Positions 9,005-20,709 of a stretch of DNA of 33,966 bases are shown here, in pieces. The position numbers and the translations under genes were made by a program. The DNA comes from Thelocarpon superellum (lineage: Eukaryota), in the NCBI GenBank assembly GCA_026025795.1, contig JAPEUG010000174.1, positions 1 to 33,966 of the forward strand, in the 5' to 3' direction. The notes under the pieces are model-generated. The model worked only from the letters and a program-made list of their open reading frames with translations. It searched no databases and was not told the DNA's origin. Each line of letters begins with the position of its first letter. Within the stretch, counting starts at the first letter, position 1.

Positions 9005-12000
9005 GGAGATTTATCTGCGGACGTCGGGAGCACGGAGTTTGGTGGAGCTGCGATATTATCATGTGCAGCTGAACTTTCTGGATTTTCTCATTTGCTCTCT
9101 CTGCTCTCTTTGTGAGGCGCGGTAAGGATCATACAGATTGACTCGACATGGAGCAGCCGGAGAGATGAAGCGCGTGACATCCTTTTCTCTTGTTTCCTTC
9201 CCCGTCATCCATAATAGACATGTCTATCTCTCACGCGGGATTCAGCATCTCGAGATATCCGCCCTCCTTGCACCATGTATCTTTCACCCAGACGCGGGCT
9301 CGCCGCACATCAGAAAGGCACCCTTGAGGGGGCCACTCCCCCTTAGCTTGATCTTCCACACCCTTCGCCTCCCTACTCCTGCAAAGCCGCCACATGCGAA
9401 AGACCCTGCCGCCGATTCGCCGAAGGCGACGGAGCTCTCCACGTCTCAACGCCGATCCCATCAACCTAGATGTCCCGTAAGCATGGCACGGCGTGCCCGT
9501 CACCCGTGGGGTGGCTATCACGGCACGACCGGCAGGTGCGCGCATCATGCCAAAAGCAGCATCCTGACGGCGTGGCGAAACAGGACAGGGCAGGTAAAGA
9601 CAGGGCAGAGCAGCTGTCGACATGTCTGCGAGGCGGCGGCAGACCTCATGCGGCGCCACAAGCTCCCTCCCAGTCATTTGCCCGGGATGGACACCAATCC
9701 AGACATACCAATCTTGGTATGTCTGGGTTGCTATCCGTCCTCGTAGGTATCAGCACGTATGCCACGTAGAGGGTCAACGAGGCAAAAGAAGGGCCGGTGC
9801 CGGTGTTGGATGAGGCGGGGTGCCGGGTTCCGGGCGACGACTTCCACCGGCTTGCAGCGCCGAGGTTTTCCACACTGCATCTACTGAAAGTGCCATTCAC
9901 ATTCACATTTCAAGGTAGTTCCTTGCTCAGGTACAAGAACCATGTACAAATACATGTATGGCACGAAAGCAGGACATCTAGCTCCGCGTGTTGCATGTCA
10001 GCCGCGGTGGGTGGGACAACCCTGCCAGATGCATCGCTGCATGCACAGTGTGCTGCAGGGTGCATCGACACACCCACGTGCAGAGCATCTCATTTCGTTT
10101 CATAAAGGTCGCCGCACCTGATGGTATTTGAGGATATCGTAGTAGGTCGTACGGTAGAGGATGGGCTGTTGGGAGATTGAGACATACGCGCCTAGCATGG
10201 CCATGTCATTCCGCTGACGGTGGGAGGTCGGGCTGTTCGTCCGTCCTCTTCGTCTCTACTTGTGCTGCTGGAAGAAATGGTGGGCTAGAGGCCTGCGTAC
10301 GCCTTCGAACCACACCACTTCTGAGTATCTAGCTGCATACTCTGTGTACGAGCAGCATTCACTTGGATGGAAGCTTAAAGGCGTTGTGCGCCACGCACTG
10401 GAACTTAGGACATGAGAAGCTCGTCATTCATATGAGGCTGGAGTATTTGAGATCCCGTCATGCCGGTTGCTGGCCTGTGTATCGGGGTCCGGAAGTGCCA
10501 TCCGCATACTGTGCAAACGGCAGATTCCGGACCCACCGCGACAAAAGCACGGCAAAGGTAAGGCAACCAGGAGGCTCCCTCCACGGTTCGGTGCTCGTAG
10601 GTGGACCAATCGCCCGTCCCTTAGCGGGAGAAGGGGAGGAAATGGTGCATTCCACCGGACCCTGTCAGGCCACCGCCATCAGGCTCGCCTGGCCGCCCGT
10701 CGGGTTTCTCTCGGGTGTTTAAACACCTCTCCTGCACGATATCGGCCCGCGTGATTGGGCGGAAGAAGCATGCCCCATTTGATGAGCCCGCTCTGGAACC
10801 ATGAGCCGAAAGCCGGGAACCGAATCGAGTAGGGAATGACTCAGCCCCGCAGCGGCTTGGGTCGATCTGCTGCTGCTCGTCCCAGCGGCATGGTAGGTGT
10901 GGTGCGAGGACCGATACGTTCGACGATATTTGATCTTTAATTGTGCTCCACCCGCTGGACCCCAACTCTGACTCAACCCTTACCCGCCGGCAGCAAACCG
11001 GCTCCGCGTTGGGACGTAAGAGAAGGGGTTCTAATGCTGCGAATGTGCCGTCTGTTCTCGACCATACCAGGGGGGTGACGGTGGGCCTCGATCGCTCCGC
11101 CGGCTACATCCACGCCCCTGAGTGAACCGGCTAGTCTTTCGGAGTTTAAAACGATGGATGCTGAATCGGGTCGCCGAGTGGGCGCCGGCTCCGGTCCGGC
11201 CAGTGCCCTCCAGGACGCTTCGACCGTCGAACGGCTCAGAATTTCCATCGCTTGCACCCCCCAACCCCATCATCCAGGGATGTGGCCCCCCTTGCGCAGG
11301 TCATGTGGAAGCCCACTAAACTTAAGGCCTGTAGCCACCAATCTACCGACGGGCCCCTTCACGATCAATCATCTCTTGCACCTTGAAACCGCCACTGGTG
11401 TGACCGTCGATCTGTTTCCATGCGAGCGTGGCCAGGACCCAATCATGATGACCGGAGAGCGAGATTCGACGGGGTGCGACACGTTCCACAGCCTCCGCCA
11501 CCGCTTCTCCCGTGAGAAGTCACTTGCGCCGACGCTCCCACCCCCGGTCGACCCTCATTTTCGCCTGCGCATCTTCTAGCGCCAAAGCTGTCCGCGCGTG
11601 AGAATTCCCGTAGGTGCAGACGAGACGGATTCTTCGTGCATCAGTAGCCGCCCGTGCGCGACGTAGCCCACCCTCTCCGCGCCTTCGTCGCCGTGACTAA
11701 GGCCTCTAGGGCTCTTTAGCAGAGACCTAGACATGCTCCCTTCGGCTTCGGGCAGCTTCGAGAAGCCGTCGATCTCGCCAAAACACGAAGGCTTCGGGCC
11801 CACTTACTCCCCCGGGTGCCGGGTGGCAAGTTCGGGAAGGGCTCCGAAGGGCTAAGGCCGGATGCACGCGCTCTGCTCAAAGACCCACCGGCCTGCACGC
11901 GGGCCCACAAAGCTTCTGCCCATCCATGGGGTATGAGCAGCCTGTTGGCAGATCCGAACCCACCTACACCGCGTCGCCACTGCTTCTGCACCGACCGGCG

Positions 12001-12868
12001 CCGCTGCTTGCCTTGCCCTGATCCTGGCACGCTGGCCCCGCCGAGCTCACCGATAAGGATAAGGCGACGCCGGCGCTGCAGGCCTGCCGAATGTCTACAA
12101 TTACCATTCGGCGCGAAGGGCCTTCGTGAGCGCGATGAAGACGCGCCTGGTCAATCACAGTGATACTATATCAGACCCAACGCGCGCCTCCGACGACGTC
12201 GTTCGCTGGACGTGGCGTCGCTTAAGCTGCCGTGGCTCCCCAGCCCTGCGCCATCCGTACCGGCGGTGGCACCGTGGCACGATGGGGGGTACCGTCCATC
12301 GGGTAGGGATCCGAGTGAGACAAACGCGTGGCGACCACGCCGTAGAGCAGCATGCCATCGTCGATGTGATGCCTCATATCCCACCGGTAGACACGTGGAG
12401 AGCAGGGATCTAGACGGTCCTTGGGTGGAAGAAGGGGGGGAAAGGGGGGGAGTCCCGGTGGGTCAGCCGGGTGAGGACAGTGGTGCGTGGCCCTCTGGGT
12501 AGCGGCACCAATTAAGTTTCACCCCACGAGAGAGCGCGGAGGTGAGATGCTTCTACCTTAGGTCCGCCGTAAGACAGGCAAGACAGCGTGCGCGGGAGCG
12601 CGGGTGCGCGCGACAGACATCAAGGCGGCGACAAGGCCTTCGGAGCAGTATGGGAACTATTGCTCCTTAGGTCTAAGCTGGAGTGGTAGTATTGGTTCGG
12701 GCGACGGGTGAAGTGACAGGGAGAGAGCCACCACGCAGCTCCGGCGGGAGCGTCGCGACCGCAGAATTTAGAGCTCCTCGTGGACTGACGGGGTCGGCTT
12801 CGTCCCGCCAAACTCCTGGTTCGTCGTTCATAACTCCCTTCACCGTGCTCCGACGTCCGCTTCTTTCG

Positions 12869-12944
12869 CACCACGCCCCACGCACCACGCACCACGCACC
12901 ACACACCACACACCACACACCACACACACCACGCATCACACACC
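12869..12944. repeat. CACCAC(G/A) heptamer / CA-rich tandem repeat upstream of the kinase gene
   Basis: caccacgcaccacgcaccacacaccacacaccacacaccacacacacc read directly. Confidence 0.85.
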
Positions 12945-13246
12945 TCGCTCCGCGCACCTCTCCCCGTGCACCTCTCCCCGTGCACCACCACGACCCTTCC
13001 ACCTCATCCTCCCCTCATCTGTCCTTCGCCGGCTCCAATTGATCGTGCTTCTTGACCGGGTCACTTGCCCCACACGCGTCCAGGCTGTCGCTATCGTACG
13101 CCTACCGACTCCTGTCTCGTCGAACGCCACCACGGTGGTGCTCGCTTAAAGCATCCAATCCCTAGGGATGCATCGCCCGCAATCGCTTTAAGTCCAACAT
13201 CGTTGCATGCCCTCTGGAGTGCTCACTCTCGAGGCTCGTGCCACAG

Positions 13247-15332
13247 ATGGGCAATTCGCAGGGCAAGCCCGTGGTCTTTACCGACGAAGGTAAGCCTCTC
13301 GCCGCCCGTCCTTCCGATGCCATCCAAGGTCCTGGTGATGCGCCGAGGCCGGCGTCGTAGGACGGTTGGAACGGGCACCCACCGGGCCTTTCGTCCGCTA
13401 TTGACAATGGCCTTGGGCTGACTCGAGTTTCCTCTTGTCGACAGTCAACCTCAACCACTTTCGCCTGCTCCGGGTCGTCGGCAAGGGAGCGTTCGGCAAG
13501 GTGCGCATCGTGGAGCGGAAGGACACCGGATTGACCTTTGCACTCAAGTACATTCGCAAAGATGAAGGTACGTGTGGTGCCAATGACTCTCGGGTGTGAG
13601 GCGTCTGGGCGGTGCTCATGCTCCACAGTCGTTCGGTCGGAGAGTGTGCGGAATATCATCCGGGAGCGGCGCATGCTCGAGCATTTGAATCATCCTTTCC
13701 TCTGCAATCTGCGATACAGCTTCCAGGACATTGAGTATCTGTACGTTTCCACGCGGCCCCCGTCTCCCTGCCCGCCGCTGACGCCAACAGGTACATTGTC
13801 GTCGATCTTATGAACGGTGGCGACCTGCGCTTCCACATCTCCCGCAAGGCCTTCACCGAGGACACTGTGCGCTTCTGGATCGCTGAGCTCGGCTGCGCAT
13901 TACGATACATTCACAAGCAGGGCATCGTACACCGAGATGTGAAGCCGGACAATGTGCTCTTGGATGAAGGAGGTCATGTTCATCTGGCGGACTTTGTACG
14001 TCGCCGCCCACCTGCCGCCCACCTGACCGAACTGACGGCCCTAGAATGTCGCCTCGGACTTCACGCCGGGGAAACCACTGACGAGCAAATCGGGAACGTT
14101 GGCGTATCTTGCACCCGAGGTGTACGCCGGGCGAGGATACACCAGCGACGTGGACTGGTGGTCACTCGGTGTGTTGTTCTTCGAGTGCATTTACAACAAG
14201 GTGCGTTTCCCCGCACGGCTCTTCGCCGAGCAATGGCCCGATGCCCGGTCAGGAGCACATGTCTGACAAGAAACGTGACAGCGACCGTTCAAGGGCCATT
14301 CGCACGATAAGCTGGCCAAGGAGATCATGGAAGCTCCCATCCACTTTCCGAACACACAACCGCCGGTGACGCCTTTATGTTTGCAGGCGATGGGCGCCTT
14401 ACTCGAGCGCGACGTTCGTAAACGCATCGGGACTCGGGACTTCAGCACCTTCACCAGCCACCCTTTCTTCGCCGTGTTGGATTTCGAGGCGTTGGAAAAC
14501 AAGCAAATTGAACCCATCTTCATCCCGTCGAGCGAGAAGACGAATTTCGACGCCACCTACGACTTGGAAGAGCTCCTGCTTGAGGAGGCGCCGTTGGAAG
14601 CACGCGCTCGGCGACAGCGGCCGCGCGAGCAACTCAAGGAAGACGCGACGGACAAGGAGATCCGTGCCGACGAGCTTCATCGGATGATCGAATCGCTATT
14701 CGAGCCCTTTGATTACACCGCGGTAACGTATGTGCCCCGGGTCCGCTCGTGCAGACGCCCCACGCTTACCCTGCCCGTGCCGTAGCTACACCAACCCCAT
14801 CGTCTCGACGGAAGCGCACAATTCGTCGGGCTCGCCGCCGGATTGGGCGCGGCCCACGTCCACGTCCAAGTCTAGCACGGAGGATTCGGGGTCGCCCGGC
14901 ATCGCCATCGATTCCCCAACCCGGGTGCCAATCCCCAAGTCGACGAACGGATCACCGCCCCCGGCGCTCAAAGACGGGCGGGAGGGTGGCGACGCGGCGG
15001 CGTCGAGGACGACGACGCAAGACTCACAGCAACGGTCTGTGTCTGCGACGGCCGGGGCGCCTCGGGCTGTGACGCGCCTGCGCGAGAAGACGAATCGAGG
15101 CAACCGCAGTATCTCCCTTGGGGGCGCGGGCCAGGGCGGGATGGGCGAGAACAAGCCGGGAGTCGACCTGGCCGATCCCTCTAGCACCATCCCGACCGAG
15201 GGAAAGCCCGAGGCCAAAGGGAAGCCGAGCATGCTGGGTTTCCTCACGCGCAAGCATGGTCGCGGAGCGAGCCCGCGACCGCAAGAGCGAGGCGTGCTGG
15301 GCCGCGAGGGCGCGCGACATATCGTGAACTAA
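13247..15332 (+). CDS. Ser/Thr protein kinase, AGC group, YANK/STK32-like. 7 exons: 13247-13289, 13445-13567, 13629-13740, 13791-13995, 14045-14200, 14282-14727, 14786-15332; 543 aa
   Basis: Motifs [28 protein letters not shown] (DFN instead of DFG, typical of YANK), GTLAYLAPE and DWWSLG, plus the tail [19 protein letters not shown]-terminal MGNSQG is myristoylation-like. All introns are GT-AG and exons sum to 1632 nt. Confidence 0.93.
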
Positions 15333-16076
15333 GGATGGGGAAGTCGTTTTCGGAGCGACCGCGTCCCCGGCCACGGCTCACCAGATTGACACGGATCGAT
15401 TCTCTTCCCTCTCTCCATTACGGCCATCTCGGACGGCCATCACGTTCGGATGCACGGCACCTCATGCAAATGCTTGTGGTGAGTGCGTCATGCCATCCGC
15501 CGTCCCATCGTCATGTCCGAAGATTTTCTGCCAGAACGTTATGATGGCATCGACAAGAGCATCGCTCTCCTGCGTGCCGCTACTTGCCGGAGTTGGGGGG
15601 CAGCATCGGGACATCCGTCGGCGTTTGCAGCTTGCGCGGGCACTTAGGTCCGCCCATCAGGGGGGCCGCGTACTGTCGGCCCGGCATGCATGATTGTATC
15701 TATAGAGCTTCTACTCTGCGTCTCCTCTGCGCACTTGACCTATGGATGATGGATGATGCTTAAGATGACTGTCCATGGCGACGTGATGACGTGATGCATT
15801 GTAGCCAGGACCGTAACCTGTTGCCGTGGGCTTCAGGGAGGAAAAAGTGCAGCGCGCACTCCTCGCCAAAACCTGCCAGAGGCGATTTTGTTCACGAGAC
15901 TCCTGCTCGGCGAGAGGAGCGGACGGATTCGATCTGGGGTGTAAGTGTCTTTGCTACAGGAGGGCACAGCCCACATTGTCTCTGCGTCTCTGAGACACCA
16001 AGTCGGCAGTGATGAGCGGAGCAGACCGTGGATGATTGGTCGCTAGAGCTGCCTGGAGTGCGATGAAGATAATGAT

Positions 16077-16118
16077 GCCCGTCGCCCGTCGCCCGTCGCC
16101 CGTCGCCCGTCGCCCGTC
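16077..16118. repeat. Perfect heptamer tandem repeat (GCCCGTC)x6
   Basis: Read directly, in the kinase-glucanase intergenic region. Confidence 0.95.
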
Positions 16119-16739
16119 GCTGTGGGTGAAGCGGTGTTTGCCGTCTCGGGATTCCGGTACCCTCACCTCTTCCCGAGTGGCGTGTTTGCCCCGACGTCAT
16201 CTGCACGTTGTCCCCCGGAAGCGATGCCGGGGGGGACTCGTGTTCCTAGTATTAGTATGTTAGGAGCACGAGTCAGATGATTGGGCCCAGGGGCCAGGGC
16301 GTCTGGACTCCTGTCGCTCGCTGCACCCCTCGTAACCGAGGCGGGTGGGTCCAACCGGAAGACGGGATGCTTGGCGAGCCCGTTGCTATTTACCCGACTT
16401 TTGTTGCTCGGCCGCTGGGGGCCGTCGTAGAGGCGACCCGTTTTACGCCTACTCGTACGGCTTGCGCTACCTGCCATACCACCATGGCGGAGCTACGGCG
16501 TCCACCAGGCCGTCGGACCGTCGTGAGGTGCTCCAGAGCTCGATTGTGATCGTCGCCGCGAAATTGCTGGCTCCAGCACTTGCACCTGCACTTTTACTCG
16601 CGCCGGCACGCTCGATAGCGAAACTCCTACGGGAGATACATGAAGCAGTTACCGTGCAGACGCTGCAGACGCTGCGACTTGCACATCTTGGTCAGCGGTC
16701 CATGATCTTCGCCGTGCCTCAGCTTGGACGACCAGTTTC

Positions 16740-18839
16740 ATGGCCCGGCCGCGGCGGGAGTCGCGCGATGAGGCCCGGCGCTCCAAGCCAGCCGGCCACC
16801 GGACCGCCGGCCGCGGCGAGCGTGAGCGTGCGCATCGATCCTCGCGGTCTCCGGAGAAATCCAGCGCCGGTACAGGCTCGTCACATACCAGTCTGTCCAT
16901 CGACGCGCTCGCGAAGCTGGACGCCGAGAATGCGAGGGCGGCCTTGATCGAGAAGGAGAAGACCACGCGCGGGGCGGCACATGGCACCAGAGCGAAACGA
17001 CATCAGCAACACAAGAAGAAACGGAGAGTGGTCTCCGGTCCCGCGCTGGAGGAGGGACGAGTCTCGCGGCGGTTGCGGGGGGGAGACCGGAGGAATAAAC
17101 GGTGTTGTTGTACGACTCCGGCCCCGTGTGTCCGCACGAGGAGCGAGGCTAATCCTGCGCATCCTAGGGTTGCTGGTCGGCGTCGTCATTTTGTTGCTGG
17201 TGATTTTGGTGCCGGTCGGCGTGCTGGTGATTGGGAAGCAGAATCAGGATTCGGGAGGGTCCAGCCCGAGCGCGACCGACACACCTCCGCCCTCCAACGC
17301 GAATCTGAATTCCATCTCACCGACGAGCATCCCGGAGTCGGCCAAAGGCTCCATCCTGGACCCGTTTGTGTGGTACGACACGACGGACTTCAACGTGACC
17401 TACACCGATGTCAAAGTGGGCGGCTTGCCCATCATGGGCCTCAACTCGACGTGGGACGACACGACGAGCGCCAACAACAACACGCCGCCCCTCAACAAGG
17501 ACTGGAGCTACGGCACCTTGCCCATCCGCGGCGTCAACATCGGCGGCTGGCTCTCGATCGAGCCGTTTATCACGCCGTCGCTGTTTAGCTCGTATGATTC
17601 GAAGCTGGAGATCGTCGACGAATACACGCTCTGCCAACACCTCGGCCCATCGGCGGCGGCGACGACGCTGGAGAAGCACTACGCCACCTTTGTCAATGAG
17701 CAGACGTTTATCGACGTCGCCGCGGCGGGGCTGGACCATGTGCGGATTCCTTATTCCTACTGGGCCGTCGTGACGTACCCGGGCGATCCGTACGTGCCGC
17801 AGATCTCCTGGCGATACCTGCTGCGGGGCATCGAGTGGGCACGCAAGCACGGACTGCGCGTCAACCTCGATCTTCACGCGCTGCCGGGCAGCCAGAACGG
17901 ATGGAACCACAGCGGTCGGCAGGGGGTCATCGGATGGCTGAACGGCACGGACGGAGACCTGAACGCGCAGCGATCGGCCGATATCCACGGGCAGCTGTCG
18001 CAATTCTTCGCGCAGCCGCGGTACAAGAACGTGGTGACCATCTACGGGCTGGTCAACGAGCCGAAGATGACGGTGCTGCCGGTCGACGCGGTGGAAGCGT
18101 GGTACGAGAAGGTGGTGCCGCTGGTGCAGAAGAACGGCGTGACGGCCAAGATTGCCTTTGGCGATGGCTTCCTGGGTCTGCCCAAGTGGAAGGGCCAGCT
18201 CAGCGACCTGCAGAACCTGGTGCTGGACGCGCATCAATACGTCATCTTCAACACGGACCAGCTCGCGTTCACGCATCAGACCAAGGTGCAGTTCTCGTGC
18301 ACGGGCTGGGCGTCGCAGATGTCCGCCAGCGTGGACACGTCGACGGGGTATGTACCCTGTTGCGTCTACGACGAACGACCTTCCCGGGCCGCGGTGGGCT
18401 AACCTCATGCTCTAGCTTCGGCCCAACGCTATGTGGCGAATGGTCGCAGGCCGACACGGACTGCGCGCAATATCTGAACAACGTGAACGTCGGCGCGCGA
18501 TGGACGGGGACGCTGAACGTGGACGACCCAACGCAGCAGGTGCTGACGCCGAGCTGCCCGCCCAACAGCGGCACGTGCGAATGCGACGACGCCAACGCCG
18601 ACCCGTCCAAGTACTCCAGCATCTACAAGCAGTGGCTGATGCAGTTTGCCGAGGCGCAGATGCTCAGCTTCGAGATCGGCTGGGGCTGGTTCTACTGGAC
18701 CTGGGACACCGAGGCCGCCGTGCAGTGGAGCTACAAGAAGGGTCTGGCCGCCGGCATCCTTCCCCCCTTGGCCTACCAGCGCAACTTCAACTGCTCTTCG
18801 GATGTCTCGACTTATGCCGGTCTGCCTGAGAACTATTGA
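16740..18839 (+). CDS. exgD: Membrane-anchored GH5 glucan 1,3-beta-glucosidase, ExgD-like (exons 16740-17109, 17168-18347, 18416-18839; 657 aa)
   Basis: Basic cytosolic N-terminus (KKKRRVVSGPALEEG) then a single TM helix (WLLVGVVILLLVILVPVGVLVI). Catalytic region has IRGVNIGGWLSIEPFITPS, DHVRIP, DLHALPGSQNGWNHSG, NEP (acid/base), CGEWS (nucleophile) and GWFYWTW. Introns are GTACGA..GCTAAT..TAG and GTATGT..GCTAAC..TAG. The exact start codon is less certain. Confidence 0.9.
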
Positions 18840-19308
18840 CGACGCTTCCGACCAGGCTGTTGCGCTTTGGCGACGGCTTCTCTATCGCCCTCGTGGTCTG
18901 CCTCCCCACCCATTCCTCCTCCCCCGCTACCCCCCATATGCATATACGTGGATGGATCGTGAAGTGATGAGTCGATGCGACGGATGGATCGATGGATGGT
19001 TGGGCGGGCGGGTGGATGAAATACGGGCGTACTCTTTCCCGCACCGCATCTCTCTGGCGTTTGAATCCTCTTCTGAACTTCCTTTACATATGATCATGTC
19101 TTGTCAAGTTATGGACGGGCGTAGGTAGTCTACTACTAGCGTAGGCAGGAGAAGGAGAAGGAGAAGGAGAATGGGAAACACGGGAGGTGTGCTCATCGAG
19201 AACGCGCAAGGGGTTTAATTTACGGGAGCTGGCAGGGACGAGACAGCTTTGCGCGTACGGTCACGTGATGTACCCTTCCCCGTCCGTCATGACATGACGC
19301 CGCCCCCA

Positions 19309-19512
19309 TCACATAATAACGCAAGGAATAGGAAGACAGCAGCACTCATATCCATCACATTCGATACACTTGGTCTTGCCAGGCTCGACCCCGCCAGGTT
19401 TCACAATCGACGACACGGTCGAGCTGGCCGACGAAGCGCCCGACCCTGTCCCCGACGTCGGCATGACCTCGTTCTTGGGACTGTGCGTGTGTGGTGCCGA
19501 AGAGTGGGTCAT
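19309..19512 (-). CDS. Small (67 aa) Cys-rich protein ending in a CaaX box (CVIM)
   Basis: CAAC-ATG start context with an in-frame upstream stop. S/T/G-rich N-terminus, then KCIECDGYECCCLPIPCVIM-stop. It has its own ~1.2 kb upstream space before the GH16 gene's stop. Confidence 0.7.
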   Translation of the reverse strand: MTHSSAPHTHSPKNEVMPTSGTGSGASSASSTVSSIVKPGGVEPGKTKCIECDGYECCCLPIPCVIM

Positions 19513-20709
19513 GTTGCCAGCGAAGAATGCGTCGATTGATCCCAGATCTTGCTAGATTGACCGGATCGACTATTGGGAGATCGGTCACGGTACGTGGAAG
19601 CCGGACTGTATTGGTCGATGGCCTGGACGTGTGCGGGGTGAGAGAGACCGACAGACCGAGATCTAGAAATTGGCCATGTCAACGATGCTCCTTCCACATC
19701 GTACTCGTGTGCGGCGCAGCACGCGTAACGAGCGACAAGGAAGAAGAGAGAAGAGAGAAGAGAGGTAGTCCGAGACGACGGCTGAGCGGGGAATTTGATG
19801 ATAACGTACCCGTTCCGAACCCGTACCGTACCCGTACCCGTGAGCGGGTCTTGAATTGGCCCGTGTTGAGGGGCACAGTAAGCAGAGTGCAGGAGGGTAG
19901 AGTGGTGGATTTGAGTCGAGTGCAAGTGGTGAGGCGTGGAGCAGAGCAAGTTGAACTTCGCACAAAGCGGCCGTGGTAGAGTTCTTCCTTCGAGACTCAG
20001 GCGGGATGTGGGGTAACTCGTTAGCTGGTAACTATGTGACTCGTACGGCGAACAGGTTCTCGGATGCGCCCTGGCTGATATCTGTTAGTGAGGGCTCACT
20101 AGTGGTATCCCGGCTAGCACTTATTGCTGCGCCGTGGACCAAAGGACGCGCGAGGGTAGCTGGACAATGTTTGGACGGACGGGTGGTCGCCGACACGTTG
20201 ACTCCGGAAGGGCTGGACTAAACTTGTGCGGGAAGTAAGCCTCCTGAGGCTATTGCACGGGAGCATCTGACGTCATCTTTCCGTCATTGCAAGTGCCTAC
20301 TATTCAGCTGCACCCCCCCCAACAGGAAGGTTGTATCTTTGTTCGAGGCCTGATGAGATGAGAGAGCTTGTTACATAAGTCACCCCGAAGTAACAACATG
20401 AATGAATGGGTAGGTTTATGGTCACGCCTCTACCTAGTCTTTATTTCTATCCACGGTACGCTCCACAGATGTGGAAAAGTAAGAGGGAAAGGGTCTACAG
20501 ACATCTCCGCTCCTCTTGGCGGGCTGTGCGGAGCGTAACATGTTGGAAGATTGCTTACATTGATTTGTTCATCGCATAATGGATGGTTGGAAATAAAAGT
20601 CATCCATCTTCACAGGTGTACGGAGGGGAGATGGAGGCGAAAATGAATGACGGACAAGTACCATGATTAAGTATATACTCAAGAAATAAATGAATTATGC
20701 CGGTCCATA

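Noticed and set aside
9138..9746. 202-aa ORF downstream of UBC8 and other 100-200 aa ORFs in 1-2400, 6800-7400 and 10300-12500
   Set aside because: Mostly non-ATG starts and R/P/S/A-rich composition expected of random GC-rich DNA; no motifs or splice-linked continuation.
16077..16118. Short tandem repeats as CRISPR-like or mobile-element signatures
   Set aside because: Simple head-to-tail microsatellites without spacers, terminal repeats or transposase, in a eukaryotic context.
17317..18408. 363-aa antisense ORF over the GH5 gene
   Set aside because: Codon-aligned shadow of a GC3-rich coding strand, with no protein-like features.
19309..19512. Firm call as a-factor-like mating pheromone
   Set aside because: The CaaX box fits, but the CxxC/CCC cluster and length are unlike typical ascomycete pheromone precursors. 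Kept only as an alternative hypothesis.
20086..20101. Inverted repeat TAGTGAG-GG-CTCACTA upstream of the CaaX ORF
   Set aside because: A 7-bp stem is expected by chance in 34 kb, and there is no other support.
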